Origin: a virus
Reading direction: 5' to 3' (one strand)
Length of the DNA stretch: 64,000 nt
Virus record (IMG/VR): IMGVR_UViG_3300032287_003622
Span: 70,933 to 134,932 of that record
Shown: in pieces, positions 19,078-27,339 of the stretch
Position numbering within the stretch: the first letter of the stretch is position 1
Layout of the letters: every line of letters starts with the position of its first letter
The notes under the pieces: generated by a model
Told to the model about the DNA's origin: nothing
Seen by the model: only the letters and a program-made list of their open reading frames with translations
The model's database searches: none
Position numbers and translations under genes: made by a program

Positions 19078-20878
19078 ATGATTGATTGATCAACATGTCG
19101 TAGTTATGCTGTAATTTTTTGGTCATTGATTTATAGATTTCTGTAAAATTTCTTAATGGTTGGCTGGCCAATTTATTGATCAGATCTAAAATTTTATAGT
19201 AGCGATACGCACCATCATACCCATCATAATCTTCGTCCCAAAAATCATTGAAGGTTTCAAAACCCATTTGACGTAAATATTCCAGATAGTCTCGACTGCC
19301 CATGACTATAAAAGGCCTACGGGCTAGTATGGGTCTCCAAATTTTTTCTGTGGGATAAAAACTCAAACCCTGGCTGACTGGTTCAGCTACCAAATCAATG
19401 AGAATATTATCGTAGAGATCAACCAGTGTATTTGTCCAATCATAATAGCCCTTTTTGTAATCAATGTCACTGTGATATTTTGGATCTCGCAAAAGATTGA
19501 GATACTGCACACTTTCAGGGTCCCAGCTGAACAATCGTTGAATATCAAATAAATTTCTGGAATCGAAGTTATCAAAATTAAATTTGTGCTGTATGTAAGA
19601 AATAGCGGAATGGTTCCTGGCAAGATGCGTTGCGATGCCCAGCCTTGGTGCGCTGGGCCGACCGTAAAAACATCCAAATATCTTATTTTGATTCCAGTCT
19701 CGACGGCGGGCCTGATCAAATCCAGATAAGTTCTGCATCCAGTCCAACCATGACACTGATTCTACTTGATATTTGTCATGAGTTTCTAATCTATTACTGG
19801 TTTTGATAATGACTGATTTGTGAGTGAATTGATCCAGTATGTCATACACACCGCAGTAAGTCAAACAATGAGCTTCATTGTTAATCTGCAAAACAATGTT
19901 TTGATTTTCACTGTGATGACAAAAAGAAACAAATTTATCCACTTCCAGCAATCTATCATTCTCAAGTTTTACTTCATAGAAGTTGTTGATTTTTCTTAAA
20001 ACATACTCGGCAAAAAATCCATGACATTTTATGCTTGGGTGCATGAGTTCTAAGAAATTTTCTTGATCATTTTTACACATTTCAGCACGGTCGTTGGCAG
20101 TGTCTGCTAACTCATTGGCCCAATGCAACCAAACATTTTTTCCTAGTTCAGGAGCTAAATCTTGTGCGATTTGCAATTTTTCAATGATCCAAGGGGATAC
20201 CAGATAACACATATTGGTATCTTTGGGCACACCTCTGCGGTCACAGATCACCTCTAACCAGGATTTATCAAAAAAATAAGGTTTTAACTTGTCCATGCCA
20301 ATGGCATCAACAAAATTTGTTCCAAAATAAAAACTATACCTTTGATCAAATTTTGCCAATTGCGAATGGATGGCATCGGCTATATGTTCATTTATGAATT
20401 TCAAGAAGCTATAGTAGTCTCGGTAAGTGTTGATATTGTCAATAAGCCAGGATCTATAATCGATATGACGGTCATCGTCGCTGTCAAAATCTCTGCCAAC
20501 TTCGGTAAAAATTGAAATCACAATGATTTGTTTGTAATCTAAATCACTTGATATTTTGGCCAATTCTTTTATCTTTCTTGCTATGTGCCAGTTGCCAGCA
20601 CCGGGCTCGCCAAGATTTAAAAAATCTGCTTTCATTACCCCGGACACGGTTCCACCATAAACGTAATTTAAACGCACTGTGTGATCGTCATGCAAGTCAT
20701 CACCCCAAGTCCAACTATCACCAATGGTGACCAATAAGGTCTCACTGTTGGTATTGTATTTGATAAAATTATAAGGATTAGTTCCTGCTACCACTGCCGA
20801 AGTGCGATCCGTGGGAAGCGAAAAAAAATCATCTATATTGTCGTTTGTCAACAAAATTTTACCAACCCTCCTGGCCAC
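19052..20878 (-). CDS. Fusion of N-terminal SGNH-like domain and C-terminal 'ET...TEK' glycosyltransferase-like domain
   Basis: TIGDSWTWG, NLGEPGAGN, LMHPS; then LVAEP...PTEKIWRPILARRPFIVMG...GFETFNDFWDEDYD; start may be a TTG near 20851-20854. Confidence 0.6.
   Translation of the reverse strand: MARRVGKILLTNDNIDDFFSLPTDRTSAVVAGTNPYNFIKYNTNSETLLVTIGDSWTWGDDLHDDHTVRLNYVYGGTVSGVMKADFLNLGEPGAGNWHIARKIKELAKISSDLDYKQIIVISIFTEVGRDFDSDDDRHIDYRSWLIDNINTYRDYYSFLKFINEHIADAIHSQLAKFDQRYSFYFGTNFVDAIGMDKLKPYFFDKSWLEVICDRRGVPKDTNMCYLVSPWIIEKLQIAQDLAPELGKNVWLHWANELADTANDRAEMCKNDQENFLELMHPSIKCHGFFAEYVLRKINNFYEVKLENDRLLEVDKFVSFCHHSENQNIVLQINNEAHCLTYCGVYDILDQFTHKSVIIKTSNRLETHDKYQVESVSWLDWMQNLSGFDQARRRDWNQNKIFGCFYGRPSAPRLGIATHLARNHSAISYIQHKFNFDNFDSRNLFDIQRLFSWDPESVQYLNLLRDPKYHSDIDYKKGYYDWTNTLVDLYDNILIDLVAEPVSQGLSFYPTEKIWRPILARRPFIVMGSRDYLEYLRQMGFETFNDFWDEDYDGYDGAYRYYKILDLINKLASQPLRNFTEIYKSMTKKLQHNYDMLINQSYATNIKKI
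19301..19351. repeat. 51-bp exact direct repeat, copy 2
   Basis: Identical to 16422-16472; encodes TEKIWRPILARRPFIVM on the minus strand. Confidence 0.9.
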
Positions 20879-21788
20879 GAATGATGTCTATTTCTCTGAT
20901 CATTAGACCTTGATTGTGCCAATTTGACCGGAAGTGCTGTTTGAAAAACCTACTTTCTGGGCCAAGCACTGTGAGCATGGGCAAGTCTAATTGTGTGGCT
21001 AGATCCTCAGCTACTCTTCCGGCCAAGATTTCTGGATTAGAATCACACACAGTTGACCATAATTTTTCTAACTGATCAAAATCTTGAACCACTCGATGAT
21101 TCCACTGTGGAGTGATCATGGTCATATATGTTCCCATCCTGGCGCCAGCCATGCTCCAAATTCCATGTTCTACATCTCGCCCTATGTTGTGCCAGATAGT
21201 TAAATGATCTAGATTGCGTTGATGGACCTGATCCTTAAATTCAGCCGCGGTGAGTCTGGCACCTCGGCTCAAGCACATCTTGACACCTTCTCGGAATCCA
21301 GCTCTCCATGCATGGAAAGCCGATCCATTGGGATACGTGGTGCTATAACAATCATGCATGGCCCAATATAAAGGGTCAAAACAGAATTCTACCTCTGTCT
21401 CTACAGTTCCATCTGTGGCTTCATGAGTGCGCATGTTGTTGACAAAGGCTCGGGTCCATGAACTCAGACCTCCGTTGCCATACATGAGTCCATTGATGTG
21501 ATTCCTGGCACGCCAACGGAACACAGCAGATTCCCATGCCTCGTCTGGCGTTTGCAGTGTGAGATTGAAAAAACCAGGATCTGGCAAATTATCACCATCG
21601 ATCAAAATAAAACGTTCGGTGTCAGACGCCTGGGCTGCGGCTTTATGAGCGGCATCCGATCCTTTAACTCCGTCCACACGTTTGGCCCATGGAACCATGT
21701 TGCGTATTTTGACCCAAAACTCTTCGCGTTGAGGTTCGTCATAGGTCAAGTAGATACAATCAAGATCTGCTATGTCAACTGATTTCAT
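20859..21788 (-). CDS. Putative GT-A fold glycosyltransferase
   Basis: YLTYDEP, RVDGVKGSDAAHKAAA, FILIDGDN (DxD), AWRAGFREGVKM. Confidence 0.55.
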   Translation of the reverse strand: MKSVDIADLDCIYLTYDEPQREEFWVKIRNMVPWAKRVDGVKGSDAAHKAAAQASDTERFILIDGDNLPDPGFFNLTLQTPDEAWESAVFRWRARNHINGLMYGNGGLSSWTRAFVNNMRTHEATDGTVETEVEFCFDPLYWAMHDCYSTTYPNGSAFHAWRAGFREGVKMCLSRGARLTAAEFKDQVHQRNLDHLTIWHNIGRDVEHGIWSMAGARMGTYMTMITPQWNHRVVQDFDQLEKLWSTVCDSNPEILAGRVAEDLATQLDLPMLTVLGPESRFFKQHFRSNWHNQGLMIREIDIIRGQEGW

Positions 21789-22128
21789 ATGTTTTTTTAC
21801 TCCATTTTGTATGATCCCGATCGTCGGCTACCACCACACAAACATCTCGAGGATCGCAGGCTGTGCCCGATTCCGAAGGGGTTAATTTTTTGGAAATTCT
21901 TGTTTGTTTGAGTTTTATTAATTTTCCTTCTACCACTCGCACATCCATACGATGATTAATATAGGTCTGCTGATCAACTTCTATGAAATCTCCTGGCAGA
22001 TCCTCCATGGTATAACAACAAGGACTTCCGTCGGTGTTGTAGTAGAGTCGATATGTGATGGGTTTGGGTTCTGGCCAGACAAATTCGGCCATGACTTTTA
22101 AAAAGTTTTCTGTGGTTTCATTGGTCAT
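21775..22128 (-). CDS. Hypothetical protein (start revised to 22128)
   Basis: Coupled ORF, YRLYYNTDG motif; no family recognised. Confidence 0.55.
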   Translation of the reverse strand: MTNETTENFLKVMAEFVWPEPKPITYRLYYNTDGSPCCYTMEDLPGDFIEVDQQTYINHRMDVRVVEGKLIKLKQTRISKKLTPSESGTACDPRDVCVVVADDRDHTKWSKKTYEIS

Positions 22129-22384
22129 TTTTGTTGCGTTGATCGGCGATAATTTGTTTTTCAAAACGCTGTTCTTGTATGGTTTTTTCTTTCCAGATGC
22201 GTCGTGGATTACTACACAACATACAGTGTGGCCGGCCACAGTTCATGCTGTGATGTTTGGCATATCTGTGATATTCTCTTACAGTGATACCATGTGCTTG
22301 TGCAATTTTGACCTGCTTGATTGTGGCTGATCTTTTTTTGCTTATACGTTTGCTGTGTTTGATTTTATCAATGTCGTTGCTCAT
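22118..22384 (-). CDS. Small basic Cys/His protein (start revised to 22384)
   Basis: ATGA overlap; HHSMNCGRPHCMLCSNPRR possible zinc site; Lys/Arg-rich. Confidence 0.6.
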   Translation of the reverse strand: MSNDIDKIKHSKRISKKRSATIKQVKIAQAHGITVREYHRYAKHHSMNCGRPHCMLCSNPRRIWKEKTIQEQRFEKQIIADQRNKNDQ

Positions 22385-23106
22385 TGCATCCTCCAATCTT
22401 TGATGTGATAGTGCACCAGGCCCCACTGTGTCACTGTGTTGATCCTTAGTGGATCAGTTTCCCAAATCAACTCCTTGGTCCAATCTGGAGTTTTTATAGG
22501 ATTGACATGTTGCTTCATATGCACAATCGTTGGTCCAAATCCGGTTGGCAAAGTCACAGAATCTGGACCCATGATCTGTGCAACCATGGCATAAACAACA
22601 TCAGTGGTGGGTTGATCATCTGGAAATTTCAGCAATTTTTTATAATCATTCCACTGCTCAAATATGTTCCTTACTAGTTGGAAAAATTCTTGTGCTGTTT
22701 TACTTAGTCTCCAATAGGTTATGGCGTTATAAACATCAGGCAGTTTGTTTTGATCAAAGATTTTTCTATAATGTCTTGACGTCACTGGTTCATCATAAAA
22801 GTTTCTGGCTCCTTGGCTGACCACAACATCTCGCAATTCGAACAAGGTCCACCAATGATCTATGGCGCTGGCAACAATCATGTCAGCTTCGAGCTTTATG
22901 GTTTGTCTGTAAGGACTAATCCAAAACATTTGCCAATCATTGGCAAAGCCGCCTTGATCTCCATGCGGTAACATATTTTTGGTTACAATAGTGATGTGAG
23001 CATCTGGATGAAAATGCCTTATGCTGTCTGCCAACTGTTCCGCACATTCTTGGTATATCTGCCCAATGGCCGGAATCAAATATCCTCTTTCATGTGTTAC
23101 TGGCAA
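22381..23106 (-). CDS. Putative GT-A fold glycosyltransferase-like protein
   Basis: GYLIPA, LADSIR, SPYRQTIKLEADM (ExD), TTDVVYA, VHMK. Confidence 0.5.
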   Translation of the reverse strand: MPVTHERGYLIPAIGQIYQECAEQLADSIRHFHPDAHITIVTKNMLPHGDQGGFANDWQMFWISPYRQTIKLEADMIVASAIDHWWTLFELRDVVVSQGARNFYDEPVTSRHYRKIFDQNKLPDVYNAITYWRLSKTAQEFFQLVRNIFEQWNDYKKLLKFPDDQPTTDVVYAMVAQIMGPDSVTLPTGFGPTIVHMKQHVNPIKTPDWTKELIWETDPLRINTVTQWGLVHYHIKDWRMQ

Positions 23107-23845
23107 CTATGTCTCCTAGATGTTTTTTGTTCATACAGTGAAAATCTTGTCTTAGTTCCACCCAACGAGTCTGCCCTTGGGTATTGACATAATCTATGCG
23201 ATATCTATCTGTGTCGAGTTGACTCAATTGATGGTCCGGCATGACTGTTGCCAATTGCCAAGGTATTCCTGGTGAATTCGTGACATGGCCGTTGACCATG
23301 CCAAGGGCTATGCTCATGGCATGGTCATTTCGATACAAAGATCCAGAAATCTTATAAAGATCTCGATAGTGCGACCAATGGTCTCGTATCATGGCCATGC
23401 TTTGAAATATAAATTCTGCATGCCGACTGCGTCTAAACACTACAACGGTGGCCCACCATTGAGGCATACAATTGGCTCCAAAATAATTCAATCCAGAAAA
23501 ATCGTTGTTCTGGGTCACATCATAGGACCATCTATGTGCTAAAAAATCTTGATCAACATCCAACAATACCTTGAGCTGATCTGTGGCAACCACATAGTCC
23601 GCATCAAGTAACAAGGTGCAATCCCAAGGGCTCGCTTGATATGCATCCATGCGATTGGTGTTATGCCATGATACTGTGCCTAGATTGGCAAAACTTCTTA
23701 TTCCAGAATCTGTGCGAGAATCATCTGTGACTATGTGAGTTGGTATACTCAGATGTCTTTCAATGTTTTTGGCACTCCAGTGAGCCATGGCTACATAATC
23801 TGTGTGCTCGTTGTTGCGAGCAAATATCAAAGCCCCTGTGGTCAT
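23090..23845 (-). CDS. Putative GT-A fold glycosyltransferase-like protein
   Basis: GALIFA, SPWDCTLLLDADY (DxD), RNDHAMSIA, HCMNK; paralog-like to 22381-23106. Confidence 0.55.
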   Translation of the reverse strand: MTTGALIFARNNEHTDYVAMAHWSAKNIERHLSIPTHIVTDDSRTDSGIRSFANLGTVSWHNTNRMDAYQASPWDCTLLLDADYVVATDQLKVLLDVDQDFLAHRWSYDVTQNNDFSGLNYFGANCMPQWWATVVVFRRSRHAEFIFQSMAMIRDHWSHYRDLYKISGSLYRNDHAMSIALGMVNGHVTNSPGIPWQLATVMPDHQLSQLDTDRYRIDYVNTQGQTRWVELRQDFHCMNKKHLGDIVASNT

Positions 23846-24150
23846 CTATTCTTGTTGATCTGTTCGTATTCCAGTAGCCATGCGTTCATTTGCTCATTGT
23901 GCCGCGCTTGACTCATCTGCATGAGTTCATTGGTGTCAATACGCACCGGGTTTCCGTAGAGATCTTCCAAGACCACTTCTCCCATGCGTCCACAGGTAAA
24001 GATTGTGGCATTGAGTTCTGGGCCGGCACGCCACATGCCACCGCGGTAGGCAAACGTAAGTTTGGCTTGATATTTTTCACGCAAGGTCCTGCGTGCAGCT
24101 TCGTGCTCGAATCTGGCACGGCTGTGGGCGATCAATTGGTCAGTGTCCAT
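23842..24150 (-). CDS. Hypothetical protein
   Basis: 102-aa ORF heading the operon; preceded by TATAAT on the minus strand just downstream of a terminator. Confidence 0.6.
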   Translation of the reverse strand: MDTDQLIAHSRARFEHEAARRTLREKYQAKLTFAYRGGMWRAGPELNATIFTCGRMGEVVLEDLYGNPVRIDTNELMQMSQARHNEQMNAWLLEYEQINKNR

Positions 24151-24175
24151 AAGTTAATTATACAAGGAAAAGTGA

Positions 24176-24203
24176 GAAAAACAAAGCCCCTTGCGGGGCT
24201 TTT
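24176..24203 (-). terminator. Rho-independent terminator
   Basis: Minus strand AAAGCCCC-GCAA-GGGGCTTT followed by GTTTTT; lies 20 nt after the stop of the 333-aa gene. Confidence 0.85.
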
Positions 24204-24222
24204 GGTAAAGCAAAACTGCCTA

Positions 24223-25224
24223 TTAGGCCACTGAAGCTGCGATTGTGGGTGTGCCCCAGCTGTTGGTAAGATATGTGGTGCTGGGTGGTATCACATTGAC
24301 CAAGGTAGTAGGAGCCGTGCCAGTGATGGCAGTAGCCGGGCTGGTAGTGTCTGTTCCGCCAGAAATGTCGGAGCTGACCCCAGCGCCGCTGGATCCATCA
24401 TCGTACCAGGTAGTGACCAAGGTCAAAACCGTAGCGCCTGCATCGACAGCTGCTGTGGTTTGGATATATTCTGGCGTGTATGGACTAGTGGGATTGTTAA
24501 GTTGGAACAAGGTAGTGGCTGCTCCACCTGGAGTAAGGTTATACCATCCTGTGGTGGTTGCTAGAGCGGTTTGGGTGCCACCTGTGTCATTAAGCCGTGT
24601 AGTTCCTGTATAGACCTGGCTGGCTATGGTCTGGCTAGTGCCGTTGACGCGGCCGGAAATGAATATGTTTCCGCAGTAGCCGGCCAGAGTGTTCCAGTCT
24701 GGGTCATGGTCAGTGCCGGTACTGGTTTTGCCATACATGATTTTGACCAAGCCACCTGCGTTCCAGAAATATCTGGCCGAGTTTGCATCTGCGAATGTGA
24801 CTGTGTGGGTGAATGTTATGGTCCATGAGCTCTGGCCACTTCCAGTGGCCGTGGTCTTGCTTGTAGAACCCGAAAATGTGCCAATGGTTGTTCCGCTGGC
24901 TGCTGCGTTTCCACGATTATTGGTGATAGTGTTGATATCTGTGGCCACGTTGGCCAAGATTGCAATGGTGTTTCCAGCCACGGGTTGTGTGCGGCTGGTC
25001 AAGGTCGAATTGGTCTGATTTCCAGCAGTTGCCAAGTTGGCTACCAAAGTGTCCCATTGCGTGGCTGTTACTGTGCCACCAACTGAGACCTGGCTGATGT
25101 TGGTTTGCCCCCAACCATAATCGCCAGAACCTGTGCCCCAAACCGTGTTGATGTTGTTTGCGCCAGTGGCCACAAATGTATTGTAGTCTGTTGCTTGTAT
25201 TAATCCGCCTACGGAATATGTCAT
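24223..25224 (-). CDS. Thr/Gly/Ser-rich virion (tail/baseplate) protein
   Basis: Very Thr-rich; ARYFWNAGG motif; last gene of the structural operon. Confidence 0.6.
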   Translation of the reverse strand: MTYSVGGLIQATDYNTFVATGANNINTVWGTGSGDYGWGQTNISQVSVGGTVTATQWDTLVANLATAGNQTNSTLTSRTQPVAGNTIAILANVATDINTITNNRGNAAASGTTIGTFSGSTSKTTATGSGQSSWTITFTHTVTFADANSARYFWNAGGLVKIMYGKTSTGTDHDPDWNTLAGYCGNIFISGRVNGTSQTIASQVYTGTTRLNDTGGTQTALATTTGWYNLTPGGAATTLFQLNNPTSPYTPEYIQTTAAVDAGATVLTLVTTWYDDGSSGAGVSSDISGGTDTTSPATAITGTAPTTLVNVIPPSTTYLTNSWGTPTIAASVA

Positions 25225-25243
25225 TTTTTCTAGTTCCTATCTA

Positions 25244-26524
25244 TTACTTGATCGTTACAATGGCTTCAACAGTGCCTTCACTGTTGTCTAATTTATCAGT
25301 CAATGCGCGACCAATCACATTAAATGCTGTGGCTTCTCCGGCTACAGCAGATCTGGCCAAGCCATTGCCAGCTGATACCAGCCTGTCACCTTTGCGCACC
25401 TGTCCTACAACTTTGACCGGCACTCGTCCAGTCATTGCAACTGGGGGATGTGTAGCGTCTGTGCCGGCATTGCTGTTCATCAAGTATGCTGCTCGTGTAC
25501 TTATCACGCCAAACACATTTTCGCTGAGTGCGGCAGATACTTTGGTTATTTCTGCTGGGCCTCCCAGTTCAACCACAGTTCCAGGAGTCAAAACTTCATC
25601 GGCTGCAAATCTTTCAGCTACGTCAGCATAATTGGCATTGATTTGATTGCCTGCTATTGTTCCGTTGGCTCCATATATGGTCATGGCAGTTGTGGGTGTG
25701 CCACCAACGTTTACAGAAAAGGACATGTTGCCGCCACTGGTTTGATTATATACTGAGACATTGGTTCCGCTCACGCCTACACGGAAATCACTGTTTACAC
25801 CAACCGACAGGCCGGTATTGTTGAGCACACCCAACGTTCCTGTGGTGCTGGTATTGGTGTCGGTGCGCATGAATGCGTTGGCATTGTAGCCGACCAAGGT
25901 TTGTGCAGAAGTAGCTATGCCCTGGAACAATGGAACTTGACCTCCTATGTTGGTGGCCAATGTAATACCTGGGCGCACTGTGGTATAACCAGGTATGGCT
26001 ACAGCTGGAGTAAATGTTGCATCTTTGCTGACGATGCCCACGATGCTGTCATTGACAAACAATTCAATGACCACATGGCTCACTGAAACATTGTCTACAA
26101 TAGTAGCTACGATAGCGCCAGTGGTTCCCTCGCCGGCACTGAATTGTGGACCGACTAACAACCACGCGGTGCCAGTCCAAACTTTGAGCTGTTGATTAAC
26201 AGTGTCGTACCATAGGTCGCCGGTGCTGTTGCTGGTTGGAGCTGTGCCACTGCTGGTTGCGGCTGAAATGGTCTTGAATGTGATTCCGTTATAGACCTTG
26301 AGCAGAGAATTGCCCGAATCCCACCAAAGTTGTCCGGTCAGTGGATTAGCCGGCTGGGTAGTATTGCTGCTGTTTTCCAACAGATGTATAAAGTTGGTAT
26401 CAAGAAAGTCACCATAGCCAGCATAGTTTTTACCAATCAAGGTCATGGAACTTGATGTATTGATAGTGCCATCTGGAATGGTGGCAAACAAGGTTCCATC
26501 TGTTAAGTTAATTGTATATGCCAT
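25244..26524 (-). CDS. Tail/baseplate fibre protein with C-terminal intramolecular-chaperone (peptidase G2-like) domain
   Basis: LIGKNYAGYG..NFIHLLEN; two G(Q/D)LW(W/Y)D repeats; C-terminal YADVAERF..GTVVELGG..GVIST.AAYLMN..PVAMTGRVPVKVVG.VRKGDRLVS. Confidence 0.65.
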   Translation of the reverse strand: MAYTINLTDGTLFATIPDGTINTSSSMTLIGKNYAGYGDFLDTNFIHLLENSSNTTQPANPLTGQLWWDSGNSLLKVYNGITFKTISAATSSGTAPTSNSTGDLWYDTVNQQLKVWTGTAWLLVGPQFSAGEGTTGAIVATIVDNVSVSHVVIELFVNDSIVGIVSKDATFTPAVAIPGYTTVRPGITLATNIGGQVPLFQGIATSAQTLVGYNANAFMRTDTNTSTTGTLGVLNNTGLSVGVNSDFRVGVSGTNVSVYNQTSGGNMSFSVNVGGTPTTAMTIYGANGTIAGNQINANYADVAERFAADEVLTPGTVVELGGPAEITKVSAALSENVFGVISTRAAYLMNSNAGTDATHPPVAMTGRVPVKVVGQVRKGDRLVSAGNGLARSAVAGEATAFNVIGRALTDKLDNSEGTVEAIVTIK

Positions 26525-26543
26525 TTATTGCTCCGTATTCGTG

Positions 26544-26549
26544 TATTTA
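26544..26549 (-). promoter_or_regulatory. Putative late promoter TAAATA (second copy at 26569-26574)
   Basis: Recurrent motif upstream of structural genes; GGAG RBS follows. Confidence 0.5.
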
Positions 26550-26571
26550 CCAGGTAGTAATATGCTCATAT

Positions 26572-27180
26572 TTATGTTACACTGAGATTTGTCAATGTTT
26601 GTATGCGCAGAGTATAATCTATCTGTATCTGCCGATTCAAACTCTTTTGCACAGGATGGAAAATCACATGAGTAATCAACAAAAGATTGGTAGATGAACC
26701 ATTCCAGCACTGTAATCCTAGCTCGTCAAATACGTATTCGCCATTGAAGTTGGTGGAATTATCAAAGGCCTGTTGTCCATAGGGTTCGCCGTAGTCCAAA
26801 AGACAAGTTGTCACGATGTCGGTGTATACATTGCCTGAAGTATGCAACACTGTCATGTAGTTGTTGGCCGGATCCGAATTTGCTGCTGAATTGTCATCAA
26901 CAACTTTGCTATAGGTTTGGTTGTAAAGACTGGCATTTTGCCCAGTGGTATTGGGCGGCAAATAGGTAATAACTCCAGTGGGATCTACTGTGCTGCCACC
27001 GTTGCCAAAGGCCATGCTGTAGATGTATCCAACTGTGCGATCAGCCAAGGTATTGGCCATGCAGATGCTGATGTTTTCGTAATGTATGGCGTTCTTTTTG
27101 TCCACAAAAACTTCGCCAGAATTAGGGTCGTAGATTTTCAGAAAACCCTGGATGGTAGTAAAACTGGGCGTGAGAATCAT
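26572..27180 (-). CDS. Putative baseplate/tail structural protein
   Basis: Position in the baseplate operon; MAFGNGG, FDELGL, HVIFHPVQKSLNR motifs. Confidence 0.55.
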   Translation of the reverse strand: MILTPSFTTIQGFLKIYDPNSGEVFVDKKNAIHYENISICMANTLADRTVGYIYSMAFGNGGSTVDPTGVITYLPPNTTGQNASLYNQTYSKVVDDNSAANSDPANNYMTVLHTSGNVYTDIVTTCLLDYGEPYGQQAFDNSTNFNGEYVFDELGLQCWNGSSTNLLLITHVIFHPVQKSLNRQIQIDYTLRIQTLTNLSVT

Positions 27181-27323
27181 GCTCGTTTCTCCACAAAAAC
27201 TTTCTTGGTCACAGGGTCAAAAATCTTGATGAATCCCTGCACCGAGATCGATCCAGTTTCATTGGGTTTTTTTGTAGCACTAGCTGTGCGATTGGTTGCT
27301 GTAGATGAGACACTTTTGTTCAT
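27177..27323 (-). CDS. 48-aa protein MNKSVSSTATNRTASATKKPNETGSISVQGFIKIFDPVTKKVFVEKRA (not in the ORF track)
   Basis: Read by hand; ATGA overlap with the next gene; C-terminus resembles the next gene's N-terminus. Confidence 0.7.
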   Translation of the reverse strand: MNKSVSSTATNRTASATKKPNETGSISVQGFIKIFDPVTKKVFVEKRA

Positions 27324-27327
27324 GCTG

Positions 27328-27333
27328 TATTTA
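27328..27333 (-). promoter_or_regulatory. Putative late promoter TAAATA
   Basis: GGTAAATACAGC-ATG; motif 4 nt before the start codon. Confidence 0.5.
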
Positions 27334-27339
27334 CCTTGT

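Noticed and set aside
16422-19351. Diversity-generating retroelement template/variable repeat pair
   Set aside because: The copies are identical with no adenine-specific differences, and there is no reverse transcriptase in the window.
1-23845. Bacterial antibiotic gene cluster or host contamination
   Set aside because: The block is contiguous with phage structural genes, has paralogs inside the gp47-gp46 block, carries a T4-type late promoter, and lacks transporters, regulators and resistance genes.
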